From the human T2T-CHM13v2.0 reference genome, Homo sapiens: a stretch of DNA of 64,000 nt. Shown here one piece after another: positions 1-12,619 of the stretch. The stretch lies in assembly GCF_009914755.1 (NCBI RefSeq), contig NC_060928.1, one strand, 5' to 3'. Under the pieces are notes generated by a model. The model had not been told where the DNA came from. It searched no databases and was given only the letters and a program-made list of their open reading frames with translations. Position 1 is the stretch's first letter. Each line of letters starts with the position of its first letter. A program made the position numbers and the translations under genes.

Positions 1-317
1 CAAGACTGGGTAATTTATAAAGAAAAAGAGGTTTAATGGACTCACAGTTCCACATGGCTGGGGAGGCCTCACAATCATGGCAAAAAGCACATCTTACATG
101 GCAGCAGATAAAGAGGAAATGAGAACCAAGTGAAAGGAGTTTCCCCTTATAAAACCATCAGCTCTCATGACACTTATTCACTACCATAAGAAAAGTATGG
201 GGAAACCACCCCCATGATTCAAATTATCTCCCACTGGGTCCCTCCCATAACATGTGGGAATTATGGGAACCACAATTAAAGATGAGATTTGGGTGGGGAC
301 ACAGCCAAACCAGATTA
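1..317 (-). mobile_element. THE1-family MaLR LTR, truncated by the window edge
   Basis: Ends gatgagatttgggtggggacacagccaaaccagatta, the reverse complement of the THE1 LTR start TGATATGGTTTGGCTGTGTCCCCACCC; contains gactcacagttccacatggctggggaggcctc. Confidence 0.9.
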
Positions 318-329
318 GGCATCATCTCT

Positions 330-495
330 TTTAATGCTCAGAAAAAGCCATTAAGTAGGTATTATTCTAGGTTTATACATGAGGCAACTGAGGCTCAGAA
401 AAGCCAGGTTATTTGACCAAAAATATAAACCTAACAAGCAGTTTAAAATGTGATTTAGCCCTAGGACCTTCTGACTGGAGAGTCCACATTTTTCT
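330..495 (-). mobile_element. MIR SINE fragment
   Basis: tatacatgaggcaactgaggctcaga matches the reverse-complemented MIR core. Confidence 0.7.
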
Positions 496-829
496 ATTGC
501 ACCACTAAGCTTACAGCAATGCCAGAATAACCTCTCAAAAGATTGACTTCAATCATTTAACTTCTTCACTGAAAACCCTTTATTGAATGGTTAATTGCTT
601 GGATTATTCATTCATTTGTTCAATAAGTATTTACTGAATACTGTGTGCTTTACTAGATGTTGAGATTTCAGAAAGGAAAAATAATACAGTCTTTCTTCTC
701 AAGGAGCTAAACTTACTGGGGCCAAATATATCAACAATTATCATTCAGGAGTGAAAAATATATATTTTTTTAACTTGAATAATATGACATACAATATAAA
801 AAGTCTTATTTTTTGAAGGTATAAGCCAG

Positions 830-1257
830 GGTGGGGGCTGCTCCAATCTCTTTTTAAGACAGTATCTGCTATGATGAGTGGCTGGCCGACAGCCTTCAGA
901 TGTTACTTCCAGATCCACCAGGATGTTCACTCAAAGTCACACTCTCCTGGAGATGTGCCAGTCCAGGACACTCCTGCCCAATGCAGGACTCTTCTAATAG
1001 GCAGCCTCTACTCTAGACTCTCCTTTTGCCCTAGTGACACCTTCTAGGAGCTGCACTGTGGTCAGAAGCTCTTTCTTCCCAACCCATTCTCCCTCTCCCC
1101 GTTTGTAGGTATCAGAACTGCATCATGACCTAAAGGCTCTCCTTAACTTTCTCCTGTTCCCTCTACCCTTTATTCCTCATCAACACTTTCTCCAATAAAT
1201 CTCCTGCAACTGAATTCCATTATGGTATCCGCTTTTCAGAGGACCTGCGCCATCACA
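830..1257 (+). mobile_element. ERVL-type solo LTR (LTR16-like), old
   Basis: 3' end ccaataaatctcctgcaact...ccgcttttcagaggacctgcgccatcaca resembles LTR16-family ends: polyA signal plus terminal CA. Confidence 0.55.
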
Positions 1258-2047
1258 GAGGCAAGTTGGCCAAATCTTCTTGGAAAAGTCAAAGATGAAT
1301 TGTCACAGAGGGCACTTGAGTTTAGATTGCAGGACTTCACAACTAACATAAAGCCCACTATGGCCCATAGAGTAAGAAGTCTGGAAGTCTGCAAATGGTG
1401 ACTTCTTTGATATACACACATACAGACACAGATACAGAAACACACACACAGACACACATCTTTGAGAATACAGTAGTTGTTTAATATGTCTCTTGAGAAA
1501 AGAAGTGACTGATCACGATGTCTAAAACAAACATGCAATGCCTGGAACAGGCAAGTCTTTTAACCCCCATGTCCTGTTCCTGCAGTTCCCTTTACCTGAT
1601 TGATCATTCTTACTCATCTCCAAGACCATCCTATGGCCACATCTCAAAAGACCATGCAAAATGAGGCCTCTCCTTTTAATTTTCACAGAACTGTGCTTGG
1701 GCCAGCCTTACCCACATTTTACTTGCCTCATAGTATACTTCCCACTACACACATGTAGTGTGTACTATTTCACAGGTAAATCTTAAAGTCTAATTCTAAG
1801 AGACCTAGCCATGCTCCAAGCCAGCTGGATGTGGAGGAATAGTAGGCAAGGAAAGAGGGAAGGAGAGACTGCCTGAACATTACATCATCAGGACCAGCCT
1901 TCACTTCATAAAGGTTATTAGACCAAGAGACAGCCCCTGACCCATCATAATTGTCTCGTGGCCAGTGAAGAAGCCTGACATATAAAGTTGTGTTCAAACA
2001 AGGTCAAACTAGACTGATCATATTCTCTCAATCAAGAATATGAATAG

Positions 2048-2350
2048 GGCCAGGCATGGTGGCTCACTCCTGTAATCCCAGCATTTGGAAGGGGAGGCTG
2101 AGGCAAGCAGATCATTTGAGGTCAGGAGTTTGAGACCAGCTTGGCCAATGTGGTGAAACCTGGTCTCTACTAAAAATACAAAAAATTAGCTGGGTGTGGT
2201 GGCATGTGCCTGTAATCCCAGCTACTCAGGAGGTTAAGGCAGGAGAATCGCTTGAACCCGGGAGGCAGAGGTTGCAGTGAGAGGAGATCTCACCACTGCA
2301 CTCCAGCCTGGATGACAGAGTGAAATTCCATCTCAAAAAAAAAAAAAAAA
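2048..2350 (+). mobile_element. AluS (Sx/Sz-like), full length
   Basis: ggccaggcatggtggctcac start, dimeric structure, polyA tail; diverged TSD aagaatatgaatag / aagaatctgcgtag. Confidence 0.95.
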
Positions 2351-2524
2351 GAATCTGCGTAGACAAAAAACACAGAAAATTACAGAGTTGGCAGCGTGTG
2401 CCAATATATCAGATGGAATCGTGTAAGTCGTGAGGGTCACCGGTGTTCTGAAGTTATGGGAAAGCTGAATTTAAGAGTAAGAAAGCTAAAAATGAAAAGT
2501 CTCTTTAGTCAGAAATTTTAAAAC

Positions 2525-2720
2525 AATTAAGTGGCTAATAAAGTGGGTCCTCAAGTCAGGTGCCTACATTCAAATTCCAGGCTTTGCTTTCACTGGCTTT
2601 ATGACCTTGGCAAGCTATAGCCCTCTCTACTCCAATTTCTTCATCTGTAAAAGGAAGACAAACATAGCTTTCCCTCAAAGAACTCAGATGGGGACCTATG
2701 CTAATCAGCATGTCTCATCT
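2525..2720 (+). mobile_element. MIR SINE
   Basis: tgaccttggcaag...tttcttcatctgtaaaag core. Confidence 0.7.
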
Positions 2721-2739
2721 TTAAGAAGGGGGAATAATT

Positions 2740-3047
2740 TGGATCCCTGCCAACCAGGAGAAGACAGTTTGACTCTTGGGGAAATGAGCTGCCCGCCTTA
2801 CCATCAGCCATAAAGTCTAGAATGGCTGCAACAGCATTTTAACACCATATAGAGAACCTGTCTCAGGAAGAAGCCAATAAAATAAGGAGACTAGAGTCAA
2901 GTAAAGAATGGAGAACCAGGTCCTGTCAAGCACGTCTGAAGTCAGCCCTACATACAGGCTTTTCTGTCACGTGAGCCAATGTCATTTTCTCACAAGAAAG
3001 CGGATTAACTTTTATATCTCCTGCAAGCAGAAGAGGTGTAACTGGTG
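2740..3047 (+). mobile_element. MLT1 (J/K-like) MaLR LTR fragment
   Basis: gctgcaacagcatttt...gaagccaa...ttttctgtcacgtgagccaat motifs typical of old MLT1 LTRs. Confidence 0.55.
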
Positions 3048-3324
3048 TGGTTGGTTTGCAGAGCTCCTTAGATCTCCAATGGACACCAATGGCTGGTCCC
3101 AGTGAGCACTAGATTTCTGCACTAGAAGTTCTTTTTTTTTTTTTTTTTTTAAGTGTCTCCTCTTTCCAGTTTCCTCTGTAAAATTCTGTTATATTTAAAA
3201 AATCCTAAGTGAGTCTATGTTCTTCAGATTCGAAGGTGACTGACTAGCCCATTGACTTGTGTTGACCTGTTCTCCCACTATATTATGATAAATGCAATTA
3301 ATTATTCATCTTTTAATTTCCTAT

Positions 3325-3665
3325 AATGGTGGTTACCAAACTGAGTGACCTATCAAGATGACTTGTGGAATTTCTGTAACAAATTTTGGTGCAGGGGCAA
3401 CTTCACGAGTGTACAACCTGTGCGGTCACATGGGACTGCATGTTTAGAAGAGTCTTGCATTTGGGTTCATGCACTGCTGCCACCATCTTGGAATTCCTAA
3501 TTTTTTTTTAACAAGGGATCCCCATGTTCATTTTTCCCTGGGGCCCACGAATTACGTAGTCAGTCCCACTTCTGTGCCTCACATTTCAAATTCTGCCTCA
3601 GAAACTCTGTGGCCAAGTCTAGGAATCAGCATTTTCCTCAATGACTCCCACAGGGTCTAACCTGC
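3325..3665. mobile_element. MER5-like hAT-Charlie fossil interrupted by MER45A
   Basis: tggtggttaccaaact start and tcagaaactctgtggccaagtctaggaatcagcatttt continuation on the far side of MER45A. Confidence 0.5.
3392..3568 (+). mobile_element. MER45A (hAT-Tip100) DNA transposon
   Basis: caggggcaacttcacgagtgtacaacctgtgcggtcac...ttcatttttccctggggcccacgaattacgtagtcagtccc; about 177 bp, matching the recalled MER45A consensus. Confidence 0.8.
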
Positions 3666-3839
3666 AACACTATCTCAATCTGTATCTGGTTAAATGAATT
3701 AAAAAGTTGAAAATAAACTAATTTGTTTAAATGCGCTTGAGGGAAACATGTTCATTCTTGTGAGTGGCTTTAGGCCTTGAACAGTCCATAGATTCAGAGA
3801 TCCTGGGAGTTAGAAGGGTCTTTAAGATCCTCTTTCCAA

Positions 3840-4028
3840 CTGCTTCTCTGTGAAATCTGTATATTTGAATCCCCAGGGCAGGTAAAAAACAAGCAAAAAC
3901 ACCAATGCCCATACCCAAGCCCAGATCTGAGAGGTCTGAATTTAGTTGCTCTGGGAGGGAGCCTGGAGATCATCATTTGTCAAAAGAGGTTTCTAGCATA
4001 TAACCAGGTTTGAAGACTATTGAACTAG
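3840..4028. mobile_element. MER5A/B fossil inserted in a MIR (MIR about 3790-4095, -)
   Basis: aatgcccatacccaagcccag...ctgaatttagttgctctgggagggagcctgg...ccaggtttgaagactattg; MIR motifs on both flanks. Confidence 0.55.
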
Positions 4029-5001
4029 GGTAATATTTTCATTTGAGTAAATGAGAGACAGAGATTAAGTGACTTATCCAAGGTAATACTAAACACCAGG
4101 GACAGATCAATAGTAATTATTGAAGTCCATAGTTATGAGAGAGTGGTGGATCAGAAAATAGTTTGCATAATCTGTCCCTCCTTTCCCTTCTAGATACCTG
4201 TGATCAGAACTGGCATCCTGTCCACTTTGATTGAGACTGCTGTCCCCATCAAATGAGGCTGATAAATATTGTTAATTGATTCTATTCTGTTTCCTACTTT
4301 CACTTGCTCTAAGGAAATTGTTAGAGCAGAATCACTACCTACCACTAGTCATTAAGTCATATAGTATTTTAAACGGTGGATTAGAGTAAAAGGAACAAAC
4401 GTATTAATGACTCCAAGTGTCATTAAAAATGGAGTCCACAGAGGTTGCACTGCAGAAAGACACCCCTGAGACCCTCTCTTGATAAACACAGCTGAACTAG
4501 AGCTCTGCCCACACCAGTGACTGTTTCTCTAGGCTTGGATTTAGTCTCAAGGTAGGTCATGAAAGGTCAGGGCAAGTCAGTTTAACTTCCCCAGTGGCCA
4601 AAGTTAGTCATCTAAAGCTTTGAGGTCACAGGTGCGGCACAGAAGAAAAATCAAAACAACTGAAAGGTCAGCTTTTTTTGTCTTCTAGGCTTGACTATGT
4701 GAATTTACAGGAAGCCAGGAACAGAAAGATTAAAAGAGGAGAGAATGCTTACTTTTCCTCATCATAGTTATCAAGTTGTGTTATAACTGTTAATTTACTT
4801 GTCTGCTATTCTCACTGAAATTTTAACCATTTATTAGACTGAGGAGCCCTAGTATCTGCAACTGCAGATGAAACATAGAAGAGGATAAGCAAATGCTTGA
4901 TGAATTAACAATATTTACCCATGTGTTTGTATATGGATATTATCTCTGTGTAATAATGTTAAGTTAAATATTTCTTGTAGATACTATTTAATTTTCTTGG
5001 G

Positions 5002-5268
<267 letters not shown>

Positions 5269-5274
5269 TACAAT

Positions 5275-6160
5275 TTAAATTGATTTTATTTTTTAAGAGC
5301 TGTTTCAGTTTCACAGCAAAATTGAGCAGAAAGTACTGAGAGTTTCCACATGCACCTGCCCCCACACAGGCATGGCTACCCTGCTATCAACATCCCACAC
5401 CAGGGTGGTACATTTTTTACAATCGATGAACCTACATTAACAAGTTGTTATCACTGAAAGTCCAGAGTTTACATTAGTGTTCATTTCTGGCGTTGTACAT
5501 TCTATGGGTTTGACAAATGGCATGTATCTACCATTATACTATCACACAGAGCCATTTCACCGCCTTAAAAATACTCTGTTTCACCTACTCATCTATTCCT
5601 TCCTAACCTTTGACAACCATTGACCTTTTTACTGTCTCCATAGGTTTACCTTTTCCAGAATGTCATATAGTTGGAAGCACATGGTATGATATGGTATGTA
5701 ACCTTTTTGGATTGAATTATTTCACTTAGTAAGATGCATTTAAGGTTTCTCCTTATCTTTACATGGCTTGATAGCTCATTTTTTAAAGGGATGAATAATG
5801 TTCTACTGTCTGAATGTACCACAGTCTATCCATTCACCTACTGAAGGACATTTTGGTTGCTTACAAATTTTAGCAATTATTAGTAAAGCTGCTATACATG
5901 TCAGTGTGCAGGAGTTTGTGTGGACATATGTTTTCAACTCATTCTGGTAAATATTTGTGAGTGCAATTGTCAGATGTTATGGCAAAAGCCTGTTATATGT
6001 AAGAAACTTCCAAACTCTCTTCCAAAGTGACTGTAGCATTTTAAAGTCCTGCCAGCAGTGAATGAGAGTGCTGGTTGCCCTTGCCAACATTTGGTGTTGT
6101 TAGTGTTTTGAATTTTGGTCATTCTAACAGGTGTCTGGTGGTATCTAATTGTTATTTCTA
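5275..6160 (-). mobile_element. L1MC1/2-like LINE-1 3' end
   Basis: tttcacagcaaaattgagcagaaagtac...gatgaacctacatt...ccttttccagaatgtcatatagttgg typical L1MC 3' UTR. Confidence 0.8.
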
Positions 6161-6639
6161 ACTAACTTTTGAGTTAAATGCTTACATTTCTTTAAAAAAA
6201 TAAAAAAACAATATTTTAAGTGATTTATTAAAATAAATACCATGTCAAATTCACTTTTTACAGTAAATATTACAGGTGGCTGCATATAAAATTAATATAT
6301 ACAATAGTTTCTCTAGAAAAAATCTGATGCAAGACAACAAAATAACCACAACAGCAAAAGAATAATTACCTATAGATAAATTTTTATAGAAATTTAGCAG
6401 GATCGAGATGAGAAAATACTTAATAAACTACTAAGAGAGACCCATAACAAGACTAAAATAAACAAAAAAGCATACTTGTGTTTGGATAAAAAGACTCAAT
6501 ATCATAGAGTTTCAATTCTTTCTAAATCTATAAATTTAATGCAATAACAATAAAAAAGTATATTTTTTAGAACTAGGCAATAATAAATCTAAGTTTCATG
6601 TGGAAAAACAAATAAACAAGAATGATAATAAATGTACTG

Positions 6640-6860
6640 TTGCATTTCCCTGAAGTGCTTTTCTAAGCATTACAGATGTATTAAATGATACACTTTCATC
6701 AATAACATTATTTTATTCCCATATTTATATATGATGACTTCAACAAACAGAGAGGTTAAATAACTTGTACAGGTTTATACAGTTAGTACATGGCAAAGGC
6801 TGTATTTGAACCCAAACATTCTGTCTTCAGAGTCCAGAAGTTTAACTAACATACCTCATT
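6640..6860 (-). mobile_element. MIR SINE
   Basis: cagagaggttaaataacttg...atttgaacccaaacattctgtcttcagagtcc. Confidence 0.8.
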
Positions 6861-6881
6861 CTAAAAGAACCAGGAATATTT

Positions 6882-7040
6882 GGCCAGGTGTGGTGGCATG
6901 CCCCTGTAGTTCTAGCTACTTGGGAGGCTGAGGTGAAAGGATCACTTGAGCCCAGGGAAGTTGAGTCTGCACTGAGCTGTGATTATTCCACTGCACTCCA
7001 GCTTGGGTGACAGAAGGAGATTCTTTCTCAAACAACAACA
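6882..7040 (+). mobile_element. FRAM (free right Alu monomer)
   Basis: Single right-arm monomer; TSD-like aaccaggaatatt / aaccagaaatatt. Confidence 0.85.
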
Positions 7041-7548
7041 ACCAGAAATATTCTGGGTGGAAGGGAGAGTGATACAGTGGACAGGTCCTATATAATATTA
7101 AATATCACAGAGCTTATTAAGAGTAATAATGACACATGTATATGCAGACACAAATCAATGGAAGAGCATCCAGAGAGAAATTCAAACATATATGAGAGCT
7201 TAGAATATGAAAATATGTCCTTTTTTTTTTAGAAAAAATAAAGAAAAAAAGAGTATGAAAATGTAACATTGTACATCAGTAGAATAAAGAGATCCTGTTC
7301 CATAGATGATAGTGGAATAAACTGGAATAAATATCAAATTATGTCCCCATCCTACTCCTTTCATCACAATAAGCTCTATATGGTTTGATGATTTCAGCTG
7401 TGTGTGAGTGTGTGTGTGTGTGTATACTCACACACACACATATATATGGGCAGATGGTAAATAGAAATTTAAAAATGGCTCTTATATACCTGAAAATATG
7501 CTCAGTACTACTTGTTATATGCAAAAAGCAAATTAAAACAACAATGCA

Positions 7549-7917
7549 TGAGATGGTTTGGCTCCGTGTCCCCACCCAAATCTCATCTCAAATTGTAATG
7601 CCCATGTGTTGAGGGAGGGACTTAGTGGCGAGGTGATTGGATTATGGGGGCAGTTTCTCCCATACTGTTCTTGTGATAATGAATGAATTTTCATGAGATC
7701 TGATGGTTTAAAAGTGTGTGGCAGTTCCCCCTTCACTCTCTTTCTCTCCTGCCACCATGTAAGACATGCCTTGCTTCCCCTTCACCTTCTGCCACAATTG
7801 TAAGTTTCCTGAGGCCTCCCCAGCCATGCAGAACTGTGAGTCAATTAAACCTCTTTCCTTTATAAATTACCCAGTCTCAGGTAGTTCTTTATTTCAGTAT
7901 GAAAAGGAACGAATACA
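7549..7917 (+). mobile_element. THE1D solo LTR
   Basis: TG...CA ends, full THE1D-like body, exact 5-bp TSD atgca at 7544-7548 and 7918-7922. Confidence 0.92.
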
Positions 7918-8963
7918 ATGCAATACCATTTTTGATGTAGCTTGGCAAAGATCAAAAAGTTTGAGAACACACACTGTTGGTAAGGGAAAAAATATACTTG
8001 TACATTGTTAGTGGAAATTTAAATTGGTTCAAACTATATGGGATTTTGCAGTAGCTACCAAAATTTAGATGCACGTACCATTTGATTCAGCTATTTGGCT
8101 TGCAGAAATGTGTCCTCTACATACCCTGACATTTGTGGACAAAGACATTTATATATACATGGATATTAAGGCCATTATTGTCTATAATATCACACTATTG
8201 AGCCTAATGTAAATGTGCATTAATAGAATACTGGTTAAATAGATTATGGCATATTTGTACAATAATTGGCTAAGCAGCCATTCAAAAGGGTGAGGCACTT
8301 CCATATGAATAAATATGGAAGGAGATCACGACACAGTGTTAAGCGGAAAAGGCAAATCAAAGACAAAGAATAAAATATATCAGAATTTCTCTAAAATAAT
8401 ACATAAGGGGAGAAGAAAAAGTAAGAGGTAAAATCGCTTTTTAATAGAATTTGCTGCTGTTGTTTTATTATTTTATTATTTTATGTTGTACTTAAAGATA
8501 GAATTGAATTACTCATAACTCTAAGTTCAAGCCATATTATTATTATTGCTTCACACACTGCCATCTTTTCCATTTTGTAATTTGTATTATTTGTTTTTAA
8601 TAATTTATTTGAAATATAATGAACACTGCTAGGCCAACCACATAACCCAGAAAAATTACTAATAATACAAATAACCTCTAAAACCTTAATTAAAATTTGC
8701 ATCTATTTGCGATTTACATCATTTGGACTTTGAACTATGCACAGACATTACATACCTAAAAAATAACTTTGAGGATAATATGATCATAAAATAATAGAAA
8801 ATGTTGAAAATATCAACTTCTACTAAGGAATAATGGGTTGTATTCACATCTCAACTAATAACAGGAGTTTTAAAATTTATGTTTGTTAAAAGCAAACAAA
8901 GGAATATATGTGAGTTTTTAAAAATTTATGTTATCTGAGCCTCTTCTGTTTACCATATTCTTA

Positions 8964-9292
<329 letters not shown>

Positions 9293-9314
9293 AATTCCTG
9301 TGATAGAGTTCACT

Positions 9315-9760
9315 ATTAACTTTTTGCTAATTTTGTTTACGTGTAAGGTAAAGTGCATAAATCATGAATGATGATTGCACAGCTCAATGCCTTTTCACAC
9401 ACGTATCCACAAAGCAAATCAGGATCACTCCATCACCATAGAGGCCCCAAGCATGTCTGCATTCCAAAAGGAGGCACTATGCCGATGTCTATACAAATTG
9501 GTGTTGCCAATTCTAGAACCACGTGTAAATGAAATCACAGGGTACTTCCCCTTTGGGATCTTCTTTCTGTGCTCAATTTAATGCCCATGGTGTTCATCCA
9601 CATTGCTAGGTGTGGCAGTAGTCCATTCTGCTATGATGTCTAAGCCTACTATATGTTCCTTACAATTTGTATCTTTTACTACTGATGAGCACTTATGCCT
9701 TCCAGTTTGGAGATATCATGCCTAGTGTTCATGGTTATAAGAGGACTGCCAACAGCAACT
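9315..9760 (-). mobile_element. Old L1M(E) 3' fragment
   Basis: aaagtgcataaatcat...ttctagaaccacgtgtaaatgaaatcacag...gttcatccacattgct. Confidence 0.55.
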
Positions 9761-10264
9761 GAGGAGATATGCATCTTTCCTCATGTTTAGTGGGAATGAG
9801 TGGTATAAGAGTGAGGAAAAAAAAATCCAAGGAAACTCTAGCAACTCTTTCTTCATGTCTCATTGATAAGAATTCTGTCATTTCTCTGTGTCTGAAAATC
9901 TCTGGTAAAGGGGCTTGAATCACCTTTTAGACTCAGGCTCCCCTCTTAAGCTGGTAAAATTCTCCAAACCACATGTGTGGCTTATCAGTAGGGGAAGGGG
10001 AAAAGACAGATGTTGAAAGTCAACCACTCTGTCCAGCATCCAGAGGAGCTGAGTGAGGCCATGTTAGTGCTCATATCATCTTCCCTTTTAATCATTCATT
10101 ACATCAGTTTTTATTAAAGTGTGATATATGTACCATTGGTAATATCAGAGTGAGTGCACAAACATTTTTAATAAATAGTAATTTTTATTTTACAAGTATT
10201 TTTACTTATGATGAGTGATACAGTTTATTGTAGTGATATATCTTCCTTTAAAACAGGGGTGTCC

Positions 10265-10683
10265 TCAAATGTCCATCAATGATAGACTGGATTAAGAAAA
10301 TGTGGGTCATATATACCATGGAATACTATGCAGCCATAAAAAAGGATGAGTTCATATCCTTTGCAGGGATATGGATGAAGCTGGAAACCATCATTCTAAG
10401 CAAACTATCACAAGGACAGAAAATCAAATGCCACATGTTCTTACTCATAGGTGGATGTTGAACAACGGGAACACATGGACACATCACACACTGGGGCCTG
10501 TTGGGGGCTGGGAGGCTGGGGGACTGGGGGAGGGATAGCATTACGAGAAATACCTAACGTAAATGATGAGTTGATGGGTGCAGCAAACCAACATGGCACA
10601 TGTATACCTATATACCAAACCTCCATGTTGTGCACATGTACCCTAGAACTTAAAGTATAATAAAAAATAAAATGAAATAAAAC
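10265..10683 (+). mobile_element. 5'-truncated L1PA (PA5-7-like) 3' end
   Basis: ORF2 C-terminus MIDWIKKMW...; ccctagaacttaaagtataat plus A-tail; 15-bp TSD aaaacaggggtgtcc (10250-10264) / aaaacagaggtgtcc (10684-10698). Confidence 0.93.
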
Positions 10684-10687
10684 AAAA

Positions 10688-10905
10688 CAGAGGTGTCCAA
10701 TCTTTTGGCTTCCCCAGGCCACATTGGAAGAAGAACTATCTTGGGCCACACATAAAATGCAGTAACACTAATAATAACTGATGAGCTAAAAAAAAAAATC
10801 ACAAAAAATTTCATAATGTTTTAAGGAAATTTACTTTTTGTTGGGCTGCATTCAAAGCTGTCCTGAGCCACATATGGCCCATAGGCCACAGATTGGGCAA
10901 GCTTG
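10688..10905 (+). mobile_element. MER30 (hAT-Charlie)
   Basis: cagaggtgtccaatcttttggcttcccc...ttgggcaagcttg; 8-bp TSD ctttaaaa (10246-10253) / ctttaaac (10906-10913). Confidence 0.9.
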
Positions 10906-11148
10906 CTTTAAACTAAATTTACTTAAATGAAAAAGGTGAGTCACTTTAAAGATCAAACTATCAAGTTAATTAGTAAAATCAATTAGTAAAAAGTTATATG
11001 TGTGTCTGTCTGTGTGTAGTGAATGTATACACAGACACATAACTTACATGATCATAGTAATGATCTTATTAAAAATAATGTCCTCAATATGTATTGCATA
11101 AGAGATGCAGGGGTATTACTGGGATGTCATGATTATAAAAAAAAATAG

Positions 11149-11511
<363 letters not shown>

Positions 11512-11534
11512 TGGATTCATTTTATTTATCAATA

Positions 11535-12612
11535 TGCACTTCTTTGATGAACTCATTTAGTCTCATGACTCTGTGTATGCCCTAAACCTCCAAGTTTGTA
11601 TTTTCAGCTTAATCCCTCTCTCCTAAATTGCACACCTGTTTCTCCAACTCCTTTCTCGACATCTCCCTTGGACATCTTCATAGTTATCTTCATAGGTAAC
11701 CAAAACCAAACCCCAAAGCTGCTTCTTTCATGATCTACCTCTGTTCTGCAAATGGTAACCTTCATTATTCTACTTCCTCAGGCCCATATACGTGGTGTCA
11801 TCTGAGTCATCTTTAGCTATAAAAGCCCCGTACACAATCCATCAGTAAATCTTGGCTGTACTTCAAAATGCACATGATCTGACCACCTCTCACCAACTCT
11901 GAGATCCCTTGTGCCCCCATGCTATCCAAGCAACCATCTTTTTTCACTTGGATTACTACAACTGCTTCCTTAATTATTGTCCCCATTTCTGGGCTTACCC
12001 CTCTACTGTTGATTTTTTAACAGATGATCTTAAAATGTAACAGATACAATATCAGTCTTCTGTTCAAAACCTTCCATGACTTTCCATTTAACACACAACA
12101 GAAGCTGATATTCATATGCTATTCTACAATGTCCTACATAATGTGAACCTCCCCACCCAGCAACATAATATTCTGATTCCTCATGTTGTATATTCTTCTC
12201 TAGCCACTCTGAACTCTATGTTTTTTCTGAAAAAAAAATGTTATTGGGTGTTTTTTTTCCTTACTCCCTCTTCCTGGCATGCTCTTCTTTCCTACATCTT
12301 TCCCAAATATCTTTCCTATATTCTTCAGGTCCTTGATCAAATGCCACTTTTTTAATGAGCTCCTCTCGAACCATGCAATTTAAATTTTCATGCTGACCAC
12401 AACTCTATCTTTGCTTGCTTTATGTTTCATATTGCACTTACTATGCTATTTGGCATATCCTGCTATATTACCTGGTTATAGTTTATCTCCTCCCTTTAGA
12501 ATATAAACTCCATGTGAGCAGAAATGTTTGTCTGTTCTGCTTACTGCCACATTCCTTAAAACATTGTCAGAGTCAGACATCTAGCAGACATTCAACAAAC
12601 AGATGTGAAATA
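11535..12612 (+). mobile_element. L2 LINE 3' portion
   Basis: gacatctcccttggacatct, tttcacttggattactacaactgc, tagaatataaactccatgtgagcaga. Confidence 0.75.
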
Positions 12613-12619
12613 GGTGAAA

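Larger units (their letters stand above)
6200..8765 (+). mobile_element. Old L1ME ORF2/3' fragments, interrupted by MIR, FRAM and THE1D
   Basis: Degenerate ORF2 motifs (aagactcaatatcata; aaagcaaattaaaacaacaatg...ataccattttt; ttgtacattgttagtggaaatttaaattgg). Confidence 0.6.
10104..10990. mobile_element. MER113-like hAT fossil hosting MER30 and an L1PA
   Basis: cagtttttattaaagtgtgatatatgtaccattggt start; aaaaaggtgagtcactttaaag continues after MER30. Confidence 0.45.

Noticed and set aside
7398-7441. (TG)n-(CA)n hairpin
   Set aside because: Explained by adjacent complementary microsatellites, which are common.
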